44,565 bases of DNA from Aquihabitans sp. (lineage in GTDB: Bacteria; Actinomycetota; Acidimicrobiia; Acidimicrobiales; Iamiaceae): NCBI GenBank assembly GCA_039924035.1, contig JBDTBS010000238.1, forward strand, positions 1 through 44,565. Direction: 5' to 3'. Positions 36,809-44,565 of this stretch are shown piece by piece; within the stretch, counting starts at the first letter, position 1, and each line of letters starts with the position of its first letter. The notes below the pieces were generated by a model, which was not told the DNA's origin, did not search any database, and was given only the letters and a program-made list of their open reading frames with translations. The position numbers and the translations under genes are program-made.

Positions 36809-37300
36809 GTGACGCTCGTCGAACATGCGCCTGACATCGACTCCACGTTCCAGCGACCCAGCATCCAGGGTCGGCGCATCGCACTCGGCGCCCTCGCTGC
36901 CATCGGGTTCGCGCTGATCACCGCAGTGGTGACGGCCATGATCGACACGCCGTGGTTCTCCCGAGAGGTTCCCACGACCGTCTGGGCCTGGCCCTCGCTC
37001 TTGGTGGCATCGTTGCTTGCGGGAGCCCTCGTCACCGTTTCGATACCCGGTCAGAACACGAACGAAGGGGCATCCCGGCGAGGCCTGTTGGGCAGCGTTG
37101 GCATGTTCCTGGCCGTCGGCTGCCCGGTGTGCAACAAGATCGTGTTGCTGGCCCTCGGTAGCGCCGGGGCCATGACCTGGTTCGCCCCCATCCAGCCTTG
37201 GCTCGGTGCCGTCAGCATCGCCCTGCTGGCCTGGGCGCTGTGGCGTCAGCTGCGAACGCCGGCCGTCTGTTCGATTCCCGCCCCACGGAGTACACCTTGA
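36809..37300 (+). CDS. Membrane protein with conserved GCPVCNK motif
   Basis: About 4 transmembrane helices, TPWFSRE, LAVGCPVCNKIVLLALG, FAPIQP. Confidence 0.82.
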   Translation: MTLVEHAPDIDSTFQRPSIQGRRIALGALAAIGFALITAVVTAMIDTPWFSREVPTTVWAWPSLLVASLLAGALVTVSIPGQNTNEGASRRGLLGSVGMFLAVGCPVCNKIVLLALGSAGAMTWFAPIQPWLGAVSIALLAWALWRQLRTPAVCSIPAPRSTP

Positions 37301-38016
37301 CCGCAAACCAACCGTCCCGGCCCCAGCGGGTCATTCTCCCGGTCCTGGTGGCCGTCGGCGCATTGGTCTTGGCCATCGTCATGGCCACCGGGGGCAAGGA
37401 CGGTGGGGACCAGAAGGTGTCCTCAGACGCCAAAACCACGGCGGCCAACAGTGGCTCGGCGGCCACCAGTCCCGGCGATACCACATCGGCCAACGACCCG
37501 ACTTCGCTCGGCTCGGCCAACGCTCCGGTGGTGATGGTCGCCTACTCCGAGTTCCAGTGCCCGTACTGCGGGCGCTTTGCCAAGGAGTCCCTCCCCACAC
37601 TCATCGAACGCTATGTAGATCCTGGGGTCCTGCGCATCGAGTGGCGCGACCTGCCCTACCTCGGTGATGAGTCGTTCCGGGCTTCGTTCGGGGCTCGGGC
37701 CGCGGCCGAACAGGACGCATTCTGGGCGTTCCACGACGTGCTCTTTGCCGAGCAGTCCCCGAAGCCCAACAGCGGTCACATCACCGATGAATACCTGGTC
37801 GGTGTGGCCACCGAGATTGGCCTCGACGTCGAGCAGTTCGAGGTCGACTATCGCTCGGATGCCGTCAACGATGCCGTCCGCAACGACCGTGACTCTGGGG
37901 TCCGCGCTGGCGTCAACGGCACTCCGGCGTTCTTCGTGAACGGCACGCCGATAGTTGGTGCCCAGCCGGTCGAAGTGTTCGTGGAGGTCATCGAGGCCGC
38001 GGCCGCTCCCCAGTGA
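37297..38016 (+). CDS. Membrane-anchored DsbA/BdbD-like thioredoxin-fold protein
   Basis: TTGA overlap, N-terminal transmembrane segment, SLGSANAPV, EFQCPYC, GVNGTPAFFVNG, GAQP. Confidence 0.9.
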   Translation: MTANQPSRPQRVILPVLVAVGALVLAIVMATGGKDGGDQKVSSDAKTTAANSGSAATSPGDTTSANDPTSLGSANAPVVMVAYSEFQCPYCGRFAKESLPTLIERYVDPGVLRIEWRDLPYLGDESFRASFGARAAAEQDAFWAFHDVLFAEQSPKPNSGHITDEYLVGVATEIGLDVEQFEVDYRSDAVNDAVRNDRDSGVRAGVNGTPAFFVNGTPIVGAQPVEVFVEVIEAAAAPQ

Positions 38017-38870
38017 ACGACGTCTCGCTCCTGGTGGCGTTCGCGGCGGGGCTGCTGGCCCTGCTGTCGCCGTGCAGCGCGCTGTTGCTGCCGGCGTTCT
38101 TCGCCTATGCCTTCGAGGCGAGACGAACGGTGATTGCCAGAACGGCCGTGTTCTACCTCGGTCTGATCACGGTGCTGGTTCCCCTCGGCGTTGGCTCTCG
38201 GCTGATGATCGACCTCGTCTATGCCCACCGTCAGACCACGATCACGGTGGCCGCTGTCATCATCGTGGCCTTCGGGGTCCTGTCGGTCCTGGGCATCGGT
38301 TTCACCATCCCGGGGACCTCTCGGTTCCAGCAGTCCTCCGGTCCGAGGTCCACCGGGGTGCTGGCCACCTATGCCCTCGGGGCCGTGTACGGCCTGGCCG
38401 GCTTCTGCGCGGGGCCGGTCCTCGGGGCCATCCTCACCATGGCGGCCACGACCCAACGCCCTGTCGACGCCGCCCTGGTGCTGGCCGCCTACGCACTCGG
38501 CATGGTGGTGCCGCTCCTACTGATGGCCATTGGGTGGGACCGTCTGGGTGACAAGGGGAAGCGGGTCCTGCGGGGCCGGGGTATCACCATCGGGCCCATC
38601 GAGACCCACACCACTTCGGTGGTGTCTGGTCTGCTCCTCATCGGGGTCGGGGTCGCCTTCTGGTACTTCGACGGCATGGTCGGCGTGAACGGTGCGTTGG
38701 GAATGGGCGACACCACCGATGCCGAGGTCAACGCCCAACGGTGGGTCAGCGACACGCTCGGCTTCATTCCCGACTGGTCGGTGCTCGTCGCCGTTGCGGT
38801 GGTCGCCGCCGCCGTGGCCATCTGGCGCATGCGTAGGCCGCGCTCGTCGGAAGCTTCCGTCACTTCTTGA
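38013..38870 (+). CDS. ccdA: CcdA/DsbD-beta family membrane protein
   Basis: AFAAGLLALLSPCSALLLP, GFCAGPVLGAILT, YALGM..PL. GTGA overlap with the upstream gene. Confidence 0.9.
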   Translation: MNDVSLLVAFAAGLLALLSPCSALLLPAFFAYAFEARRTVIARTAVFYLGLITVLVPLGVGSRLMIDLVYAHRQTTITVAAVIIVAFGVLSVLGIGFTIPGTSRFQQSSGPRSTGVLATYALGAVYGLAGFCAGPVLGAILTMAATTQRPVDAALVLAAYALGMVVPLLLMAIGWDRLGDKGKRVLRGRGITIGPIETHTTSVVSGLLLIGVGVAFWYFDGMVGVNGALGMGDTTDAEVNAQRWVSDTLGFIPDWSVLVAVAVVAAAVAIWRMRRPRSSEASVTS

Positions 38871-39016
38871 AGAGAAAGTGGTCGGCAGATAGCCACATTC
38901 GCCTCAAGAACGGCTGAGTCCCGGACCGGCTTCGTTCTTGAGGGGAATGTGGTCGCTGGGTAGCCAGAATCCCCTCAAGAACTGTGGCGGAATCGACCGA
39001 CCCGACCCCCATTAGG

Positions 39017-40867
39017 TCACTGGCGGTCGTCGGTGTACATGTCCTCGATCGCTTCGGCGTAGGTCTTGGTGACGGACTCACGTCGAACCTTGAGCGTTGG
39101 CGTGAGCTCGCCATCTTCGATGGTCAGGTCGCGGGGGAGTATGTGCCAGCGCCGGATGCCCTCGGCGTGCGAGTGCTGGGCATTGACCCGGTCGATCGTT
39201 GCCGCAATGGCAGCCTGGAAGTCGCTGTCGTCGAGCAGGTCTTCGGGGGCGATGTTCCGACGGGAGCGACGCGTCCACTGGGCCACGGCCTCGGCATCGA
39301 GGGTGAGCAGGGCCGTGAGGAACTTACGGTTGTCGCCCACCACCACGGCCTGTGAGATGAGGGCCTCGTGGCTGAGGGCAGTCTCGATCTCGGCGGGGGC
39401 GATGTTCTTGCCGTAGGCCGTGATGATGAGGTCCTTCTTGCGTCCCGAGATGCTCAGGTAGCCGTCGGCATCGATGGTCCCGAGGTCGCCGGTGTAGAGG
39501 TAGCCGTCGGCATCGATCAGCTCAGCGGTGGCCTTGGGGTTGCCCCAGTAGCCATCGCACACGTTGGGGGCCCGCACCAGGATCTCGCCGTCGTCGGCGA
39601 TGCGCAGTTCGAGGCCTGGGACCGGCCGGCCCACCGTCCCGGTGCGGATGGCATCGGGGGGATTGAGGGTGGTGACCAGGGTGACTTCAGTCTGGCCGTA
39701 GCCCTCGGCGATGGGTAGGCCGAGACCGTGGAACCACCTGATGAGATCGAGGTGGATGGGCGCAGCTCCCGAGGCCAGCAGCCGGGCTTTGTCGAGTCCC
39801 ATCTTGCGTCGAAGCATGAGCCCGACGGTGCGGTTCAGGGCGTCGTAGGCGACCCGGTCGGCGGTTCCCAGAGGGGTTCCGGTGCCGTCGCCCTGGCGGA
39901 CGGCAAGTGCGAGATACCGTTGGAGCACAGCCCTCAGCGGCGCCGGCGACTCCTCGACGCCCACGAGGATGGACTCCTGGAACTTCTCCCACACGCGAGG
40001 TACAGCGAAGAACAGGGTCGGCCGGCAATCGGTCAGGTCGTCGGGGACGGTGGCCAGGCTGCGAGCGAACCAGGTCTCGCCGCCGCTGGCGATCTGGCCG
40101 AAGTGGCTGACGGCCCGTTCGGTGATGTGGCTGAGCGGCAGGAACGACAGGAACCGGTCGTCGGTGTTCAGCTTGATGAGCGACATGAGGCTGCGCAACG
40201 TGGCCATCACGTTGGCGTGGGAGATCATGGCTCCCTTAGGCGGACCCGTCGTCCCGCTGGTGTAGACGAGCGTGGCCAGTGTCTCCGGTTGTACGGCATC
40301 GACCATCTCGTCGTACAGGCCTGGTTGTGCGGCCAGTAGATCGGCTCCGTCGCGCCGGAGCTCGTCGAGGGTGCGTACGAAGCCATCCTCGATCCCTTCC
40401 AACGGTTCTATGACCACCAGGTGTTTCACGTCGGGGAACTCGTCACGCTTGACGAGCAGCTTGGCCAACTGGTGTCCGTCTTCCACGAAGCAGAGGCGAA
40501 CGTCGGCGTCGGTGAGGATGTGGGCGGCTTGGGTCGAGGAGTTGGTGTCGTAGACGGGAGCGGTCACCATGCCTGCGGTCTCGATACCGATGTCGACGGT
40601 GTGCCATTCGGGACGGTTGCTGCTCAGGAGTCCGACCCGGTCACCCGGTTCGAGACCCCAGGCCCGAAGCCCGGCCGCGGTCTCGGCCACGGCCTGCTCG
40701 TAGGCCCTCCAGGTGATGGTCTTCCAGCCGCCGCGGTCGTCGTGGTGCCTCAGGGCCACGGCATCGGGTCGGCTGCGGGCCCGCTCCCGGAACAGGGCGA
40801 CGATCGTGGGCGCCTTTAGTGAGGCCACGGCGGCTGGAGACGGAGCAGGGGTGCGAGCGGTGATCAC
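39017..40867 (-). CDS. fadD: Long-chain fatty acyl-CoA synthetase (FadD15-like)
   Basis: YTSGTTGPPKG, FLPLSH, VPRVWEK, EGYGQTE, TGDLG, GRKKDLIITAYGKNIAP, ELTPTLK. GAGGAG RBS before the GTG. Confidence 0.94.
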   Translation of the reverse strand: MITARTPAPSPAAVASLKAPTIVALFRERARSRPDAVALRHHDDRGGWKTITWRAYEQAVAETAAGLRAWGLEPGDRVGLLSSNRPEWHTVDIGIETAGMVTAPVYDTNSSTQAAHILTDADVRLCFVEDGHQLAKLLVKRDEFPDVKHLVVIEPLEGIEDGFVRTLDELRRDGADLLAAQPGLYDEMVDAVQPETLATLVYTSGTTGPPKGAMISHANVMATLRSLMSLIKLNTDDRFLSFLPLSHITERAVSHFGQIASGGETWFARSLATVPDDLTDCRPTLFFAVPRVWEKFQESILVGVEESPAPLRAVLQRYLALAVRQGDGTGTPLGTADRVAYDALNRTVGLMLRRKMGLDKARLLASGAAPIHLDLIRWFHGLGLPIAEGYGQTEVTLVTTLNPPDAIRTGTVGRPVPGLELRIADDGEILVRAPNVCDGYWGNPKATAELIDADGYLYTGDLGTIDADGYLSISGRKKDLIITAYGKNIAPAEIETALSHEALISQAVVVGDNRKFLTALLTLDAEAVAQWTRRSRRNIAPEDLLDDSDFQAAIAATIDRVNAQHSHAEGIRRWHILPRDLTIEDGELTPTLKVRRESVTKTYAEAIEDMYTDDRQ

Positions 40868-40979
40868 GGTGGGACTCCTCTGAAGCAACGGTGAAAGGGA
40901 ACGATGACCTGGCATCGAAGGGACGAGATCTCTCTACCCAGGATGCCTTAGTCCCGATGATCTCAGACATTCTTGCTTC

Positions 40980-41177
40980 ATGTCGCAGGTTGCTGACCGC
41001 CGCGCTGCGGTGGCACTACCCATGGCCATCGGCTTGGTGCTGCTGCTGCTGCTGACCCTCACCGTGAGCTTCCGCAGTTGGTGGTTGCCTCTGACCCTGG
41101 TGACCATCAGTGGCCTGCTCGAGCTGGTTCGCCGGATGCCCTCGGTGAGTTGGCGCACAAGTTGCTGTCGGCCCTGA
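40980..41177 (+). pseudogene. Possible fragment of an MMPL/RND-type membrane protein
   Basis: IGLVLLLLLTLTVSFRSWWLPL resembles the MMPL transmembrane FRS...PL motif. The ORF is short and isolated. Confidence 0.35.
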
Positions 41178-41272
41178 GCGTCGACTCTGGATATCTCAAC
41201 GTCCTCACCGAAGATCAGGAGTTCATCATCTTGATCTCCGGTGAGGTGATCAGCCGTAGCTGACGGGCGCGG

Positions 41273-41824
41273 TCAGCGTGATGGCTCGTGAAACGCAGCC
41301 CAAGTTGACCATCGGTCGGGGAGGGTCCCCCGGCCGACATCGTTTGCTGGCCACTCGGCGGGCGGTAGTCGATTGGGCCGGTCGCCGGTGACGACGCCAT
41401 AGAACAGTTCGTGTCGCCGTTGCCGGGTGAACAGCCATCGGCCGTCGTGGCGGACGTACTGATCGCCGTAGTGGATGGCCTGTTGGAACCACGCCCCGTC
41501 GGCTCGTTCGACTTCGGCGCGGCAGTACACCGAGCCGGTGGCTGTGCCGTCGTCGCGGAGGTCGATGAGATGGGTGCCGACGTGGAGGATGGCGAGCCGC
41601 ACTCCACGAGGGCCCTGGTTGCCGGTTTCCATGCGAGCCTGCAGCGCAGCCCGGCCGGTTGCATCACCTGACCGGATGTCGTCAACGTAGGCGGTGGTCA
41701 ACGCTTCCATGTCGAGAGACCCGTAGGCCACTGCGTAACGAGCGGGCAGGTCACGAATCTCCTCGAATGCCTCCAGACGGTCGAGGCGGCCGGCCAAGTC
41801 GGCCTGATCGAGTTCTTCGTTCAT
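41273..41824 (-). CDS. SnoaL/NTF2-like family protein
   Basis: RLDRLEAFEEIRDLPARYA, HLIDL...ATGSVY, YGDQYVRHDGRWLF..R. Confidence 0.88.
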   Translation of the reverse strand: MNEELDQADLAGRLDRLEAFEEIRDLPARYAVAYGSLDMEALTTAYVDDIRSGDATGRAALQARMETGNQGPRGVRLAILHVGTHLIDLRDDGTATGSVYCRAEVERADGAWFQQAIHYGDQYVRHDGRWLFTRQRRHELFYGVVTGDRPNRLPPAEWPANDVGRGTLPDRWSTWAAFHEPSR

Positions 41825-42375
41825 CCTCGGCCCTCTGCGCTGCCGATCGATGGCCCAGCACCGTGCGCGTGCTGCCAGGTGGGAAAGCGTTCGGGAAGAT
41901 CGATGGTGGCGCGGTGGACCTCAGGTGGGAACGAGGTTCGGCCGTCGATCTGGAGGGGGTGGTCAGTGATGTCGGCCGCGTAGAACGCATGAGTTTCCCG
42001 GCGGGACAGCAGCCACGTTCCGTCGTGGCGTTCGTAGTGATCCCAGTACTGAGCGGCCAGCACCATCCACCTTTCGTCTACCTCGTACTCGGGCCGGGCG
42101 TACAGCACTCCGGTTGCGTGATCAGCATCGGACAGGTCGATGAGGTGCTGGCCGAGCAGGTGGAAGGTGGTGCCGTAGCGGCCCAAGGCGGTACGGAACC
42201 ATCCGGCCAGCATCGACCGGCCTGAGGTCCCGTCGTCGACGGCCACGTCGGGTACGTAAAGCGATACCAGCGTGTCGATGTCGCGCTGATCGGTGGCCAA
42301 GGCGTGCCGGGCGACGAGTTGACGAATTGCCTCGATCGCTTCCAGTCGTTCGAGTCGTGGGACTAGTGGGTTCAT
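41821..42375 (-). CDS. SnoaL/NTF2-like family protein
   Basis: RLERLEAIEAIRQLVARHALATDQRD, HLIDL..ADHATG, YWDHYERHDGTWL. ATGA overlap with the next gene. Confidence 0.88.
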   Translation of the reverse strand: MNPLVPRLERLEAIEAIRQLVARHALATDQRDIDTLVSLYVPDVAVDDGTSGRSMLAGWFRTALGRYGTTFHLLGQHLIDLSDADHATGVLYARPEYEVDERWMVLAAQYWDHYERHDGTWLLSRRETHAFYAADITDHPLQIDGRTSFPPEVHRATIDLPERFPTWQHAHGAGPSIGSAEGRG

Positions 42376-42415
42376 CGGATACGAGACCTCGTTGGCGGAT
42401 GTGGTGTGGAAGCGG

Positions 42416-43381
42416 TCAGGAAAGTTGGGGTCGGACGGTGCCGAAGGCCAGCTCGATGTGCCGTTCCACGATGTGGTCAGGCATTCCGGCCACCGATCCC
42501 CAGAGGTAAACGTGCTCGACCGGTAGGCCGGCCGTTCGCTCCCTTAGCAGAGCGACGGCATCGTCGGCGGTTCGCACCGCCAGCCCCGGGGCCCCTGCTG
42601 TCGTCATCTGTGTGGCGAGCCTCGCGGGGTCGGGGTCGGGGGGTGGCGTCTCATCGGTGCCTTCGGTGCGGGATCTCAGGTAGCTACCCACCTGATAGGC
42701 GTAGTGCGGCGCCAGCTCGTGTGCGGTCATTTCAGGATCGTCGGCCACGATGAGGTCGACCACACCGCCCATGCGGGCGATGCCGGCATCGTGTCCGCCC
42801 GCGACCAAGCCTTCTAGGTAGGGGTCGAGCAGCGATCGCCGCAGCGACAGCAACCCCACCCCGAGCACACCAGCCCGTCGTGCACCCTGGGGGCCCTGGT
42901 ACCCCAGCCACATCGGGATCTGCTCCTGCACCGGTGGCGGGAGGAGCTCGCCGCCCCACAGCAGGTCGCGTACCGCTCGGGTGGCCTCGTCGGTGAGCGT
43001 CATGCGGCGGCTGATATCAGCGCCGAATGCCTCGTACTCGGGGATGCGGTAGCCGGCGCCGAAACCGAGCTCGAGCCGACCGCCCGACAGCAGATCGACA
43101 AGTGCGGCCTCTTCGGCGAGGTGCTGTGGGTGCCGCAGGGCGGCGATCACGATGGCGGTACCGAGACGCATGGTTTTCGTGCGTGTTGCGAGCCCGGCCA
43201 GGAACGTGAGGGGCTGGGTCAGGTACCCGTCCTCGAAGAAGTGGTGCTCGGTGGCCCAGGCGCTTTCGGCCCCCAGCCGTTCGGCCTCCTCTACGAGCTC
43301 GACGGTCTGCGCGTAGAGGTCAGCCCACGGACGGCGCCACGCCGGCGGGTTGCGGACATCCAAGAACACACCGAGCTTCAC
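42416..43381 (-). CDS. LLM-class flavin-dependent oxidoreductase
   Basis: LDVRNPPAWRRPW, WATEHHFFEDGYL, LRHPQHLAEEAALVDLLSGGRLELGFGAGY. Confidence 0.92.
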   Translation of the reverse strand: MKLGVFLDVRNPPAWRRPWADLYAQTVELVEEAERLGAESAWATEHHFFEDGYLTQPLTFLAGLATRTKTMRLGTAIVIAALRHPQHLAEEAALVDLLSGGRLELGFGAGYRIPEYEAFGADISRRMTLTDEATRAVRDLLWGGELLPPPVQEQIPMWLGYQGPQGARRAGVLGVGLLSLRRSLLDPYLEGLVAGGHDAGIARMGGVVDLIVADDPEMTAHELAPHYAYQVGSYLRSRTEGTDETPPPDPDPARLATQMTTAGAPGLAVRTADDAVALLRERTAGLPVEHVYLWGSVAGMPDHIVERHIELAFGTVRPQLS

Positions 43382-43391
43382 GGGTCCGGTC

Positions 43392-43423
43392 TAGTTAGTT
43401 GCGTGACGTAACGCAACTAACTA
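43392..43423. promoter_or_regulatory. MarR-type operator
   Basis: TAGTTAGTTGCGT-gacgta-ACGCAACTAACTA, with perfect 13-bp arms, between divergent genes. Confidence 0.8.
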
Positions 43424-43471
43424 CCGTCGAGGCGTTCCGGTTGGTCATCTCCAGCAACGAGGTTTCTCCGC

Positions 43472-44299
43472 ATGTCCTTCGCCGAAGCCGCGTTCATCAG
43501 CTTGGCCAGGATGGAATCTCCTGAACATCATCAGGCCTACAACGAGTGGCACCAGCTGGACCACCGCCCGGAAAACCTGGTTCTCGATGGGGTCATGTGG
43601 GGCGAGCGGTGGGTGCAGACCCCCGAACTCCGCGCCGCATCGCTGGTGGCCGATGGCGAGTTCGGCGACTTCCACTACTTGACGCTCTACTGGTTTCGCC
43701 CTCCCGTGGAGGTGAGCATCTCAGCCTGGACCGATCTGGCCGATCGTTCCTTCCACTGGGGCCGCCGCCAGGAGTTGGCCTGGACCGAACGGCCCTTCAT
43801 GGGCTTCTTCCGACCCATCCTCGGCTACGCCGCACCCAGGGTCGACGTATCGCCTCAGGCCCTACCGTTCAGGCCCAACCGGGGCGTCTACGTAGTGGCC
43901 TCGAAGGTCACGAACGCGGCTGACGCTCGGGCCGTGGTGGAACGCCGGAACCGGTGGTACGACCGGGAAGGCCTCCCGACCCTCTTGAAACAACCCGGAG
44001 TTGCCGGTGGATGGACCTTCACCGCCGAGGAGTCGTTGACGCCTTCGGCCTGGGCGCAGAAGGAGCAACGTCAGGGGATACCGATCGATGCAACCACCAA
44101 CCTGCGCCTCACCGTGTTGTTCCTCGACGATGACCCACTGGAGGTGGCGGCAGGGCTGTCGGTCGAAGATCTCGTGGCCCCCGATGGGGACGGCGTCGAG
44201 CACCTGCGCTTCGCAGGCCCCCTAGAGGCGATCGAGCCCTGGAAGTACGATTGGTTTGCCAACTCGACTTCGGCAGATGGCGTTGACGACCAGCCTTAA
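43472..44299 (+). CDS. Hypothetical protein with two EthD-like dimeric alpha-beta barrel repeats
   Basis: AYNEWHQLDHRPENL..DGV..GERW and NRWYDREGLPTLLKQPGVAGGWTF. Confidence 0.75.
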   Translation: MSFAEAAFISLARMESPEHHQAYNEWHQLDHRPENLVLDGVMWGERWVQTPELRAASLVADGEFGDFHYLTLYWFRPPVEVSISAWTDLADRSFHWGRRQELAWTERPFMGFFRPILGYAAPRVDVSPQALPFRPNRGVYVVASKVTNAADARAVVERRNRWYDREGLPTLLKQPGVAGGWTFTAEESLTPSAWAQKEQRQGIPIDATTNLRLTVLFLDDDPLEVAAGLSVEDLVAPDGDGVEHLRFAGPLEAIEPWKYDWFANSTSADGVDDQP

Positions 44300-44309
44300 G
44301 GTGGGACCT

Positions 44310-44565
44310 GTGGCAGGAAACGAAAAGCCGGGCGGCGGCTCCGATGGGTTGCACGACAGCTTCGAACAACTCTTGAGGGTGGCGCGGAGCGGGCTCCGCC
44401 ATGTCGGGTTCATGGATGACGCCGGAATGACCGGGGTGAGTCTGACCCGGGGTGAGTCGTTCCTGTTGGCCGAGGTTCAGAACCATGCACCCGTGCGGCT
44501 CTCCGATCTGGCTACGTCGATGAAGCTCGACCGGTCGATTGCCAGCCGGCAGGCGGAGTCACTGG
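44310..44565 (+). CDS. MarR family transcriptional regulator (3'-partial; absent from the ORF track)
   Basis: Manual translation MAGNEKPGG...LTRGESFLLAEVQNHAPVRLSDLATSMKLDRSIASRQAESL gives a winged HTH. TAAGGT-N7-GTG start. Confidence 0.8.
   Translation, partial: MAGNEKPGGGSDGLHDSFEQLLRVARSGLRHVGFMDDAGMTGVSLTRGESFLLAEVQNHAPVRLSDLATSMKLDRSIASRQAESL

Noticed and set aside
39458-39517. Repeated GTAGCCGTCGGCATCGAT in fadD
   Set aside because: It encodes the ordinary IDADGYL repeat around the TGDLG motif of adenylate-forming enzymes.
1-44565. IS elements, integrases, prophage genes, CRISPR arrays, rRNA or tRNA
   Set aside because: No transposase, recombinase or phage motifs, no terminal inverted repeats, no repeat-spacer arrays and no structural RNA signatures were seen.

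Overview
High-GC actinobacterial chromosomal DNA, most consistent with an Acidimicrobiia-like lineage (inferred from an F420-type LLM enzyme, a mycothiol-transferase-like DinB protein, WS/DGAT, a SigG-like sigma factor and many apparently leaderless starts). About 40 CDSs are supported. They cover lipid metabolism (FadB, WS/DGAT, FadD, a lipoprotein hydrolase), stress and dormancy functions (class II UvrA, PPK2, P-type ATPase, HPF-like protein, 1-Cys peroxiredoxin, USP, sirtuin), a CxxC-DsbA-CcdA operon, an LPXTG-anchored DUF6351 hydrolase, BioY and a MarR-linked LLM/SnoaL catabolic cluster. No rRNA, tRNA, CRISPR array, transposase or integrase was found. The most unusual region is 19.3-25 kb. 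There, two tandem, partly diverged DUF1963/YwqG (immunity-like) paralogs with no toxin partner sit next to a divergent YtrA-type GntR module that has a clear operator but no ABC transporter. Readable cis-elements include CsoR-like, YtrA-like, MarR-like and CRP-like sites, a SigG-type promoter and a coupled 17-aa uORF. All family calls come from motif recognition, not from database searches.
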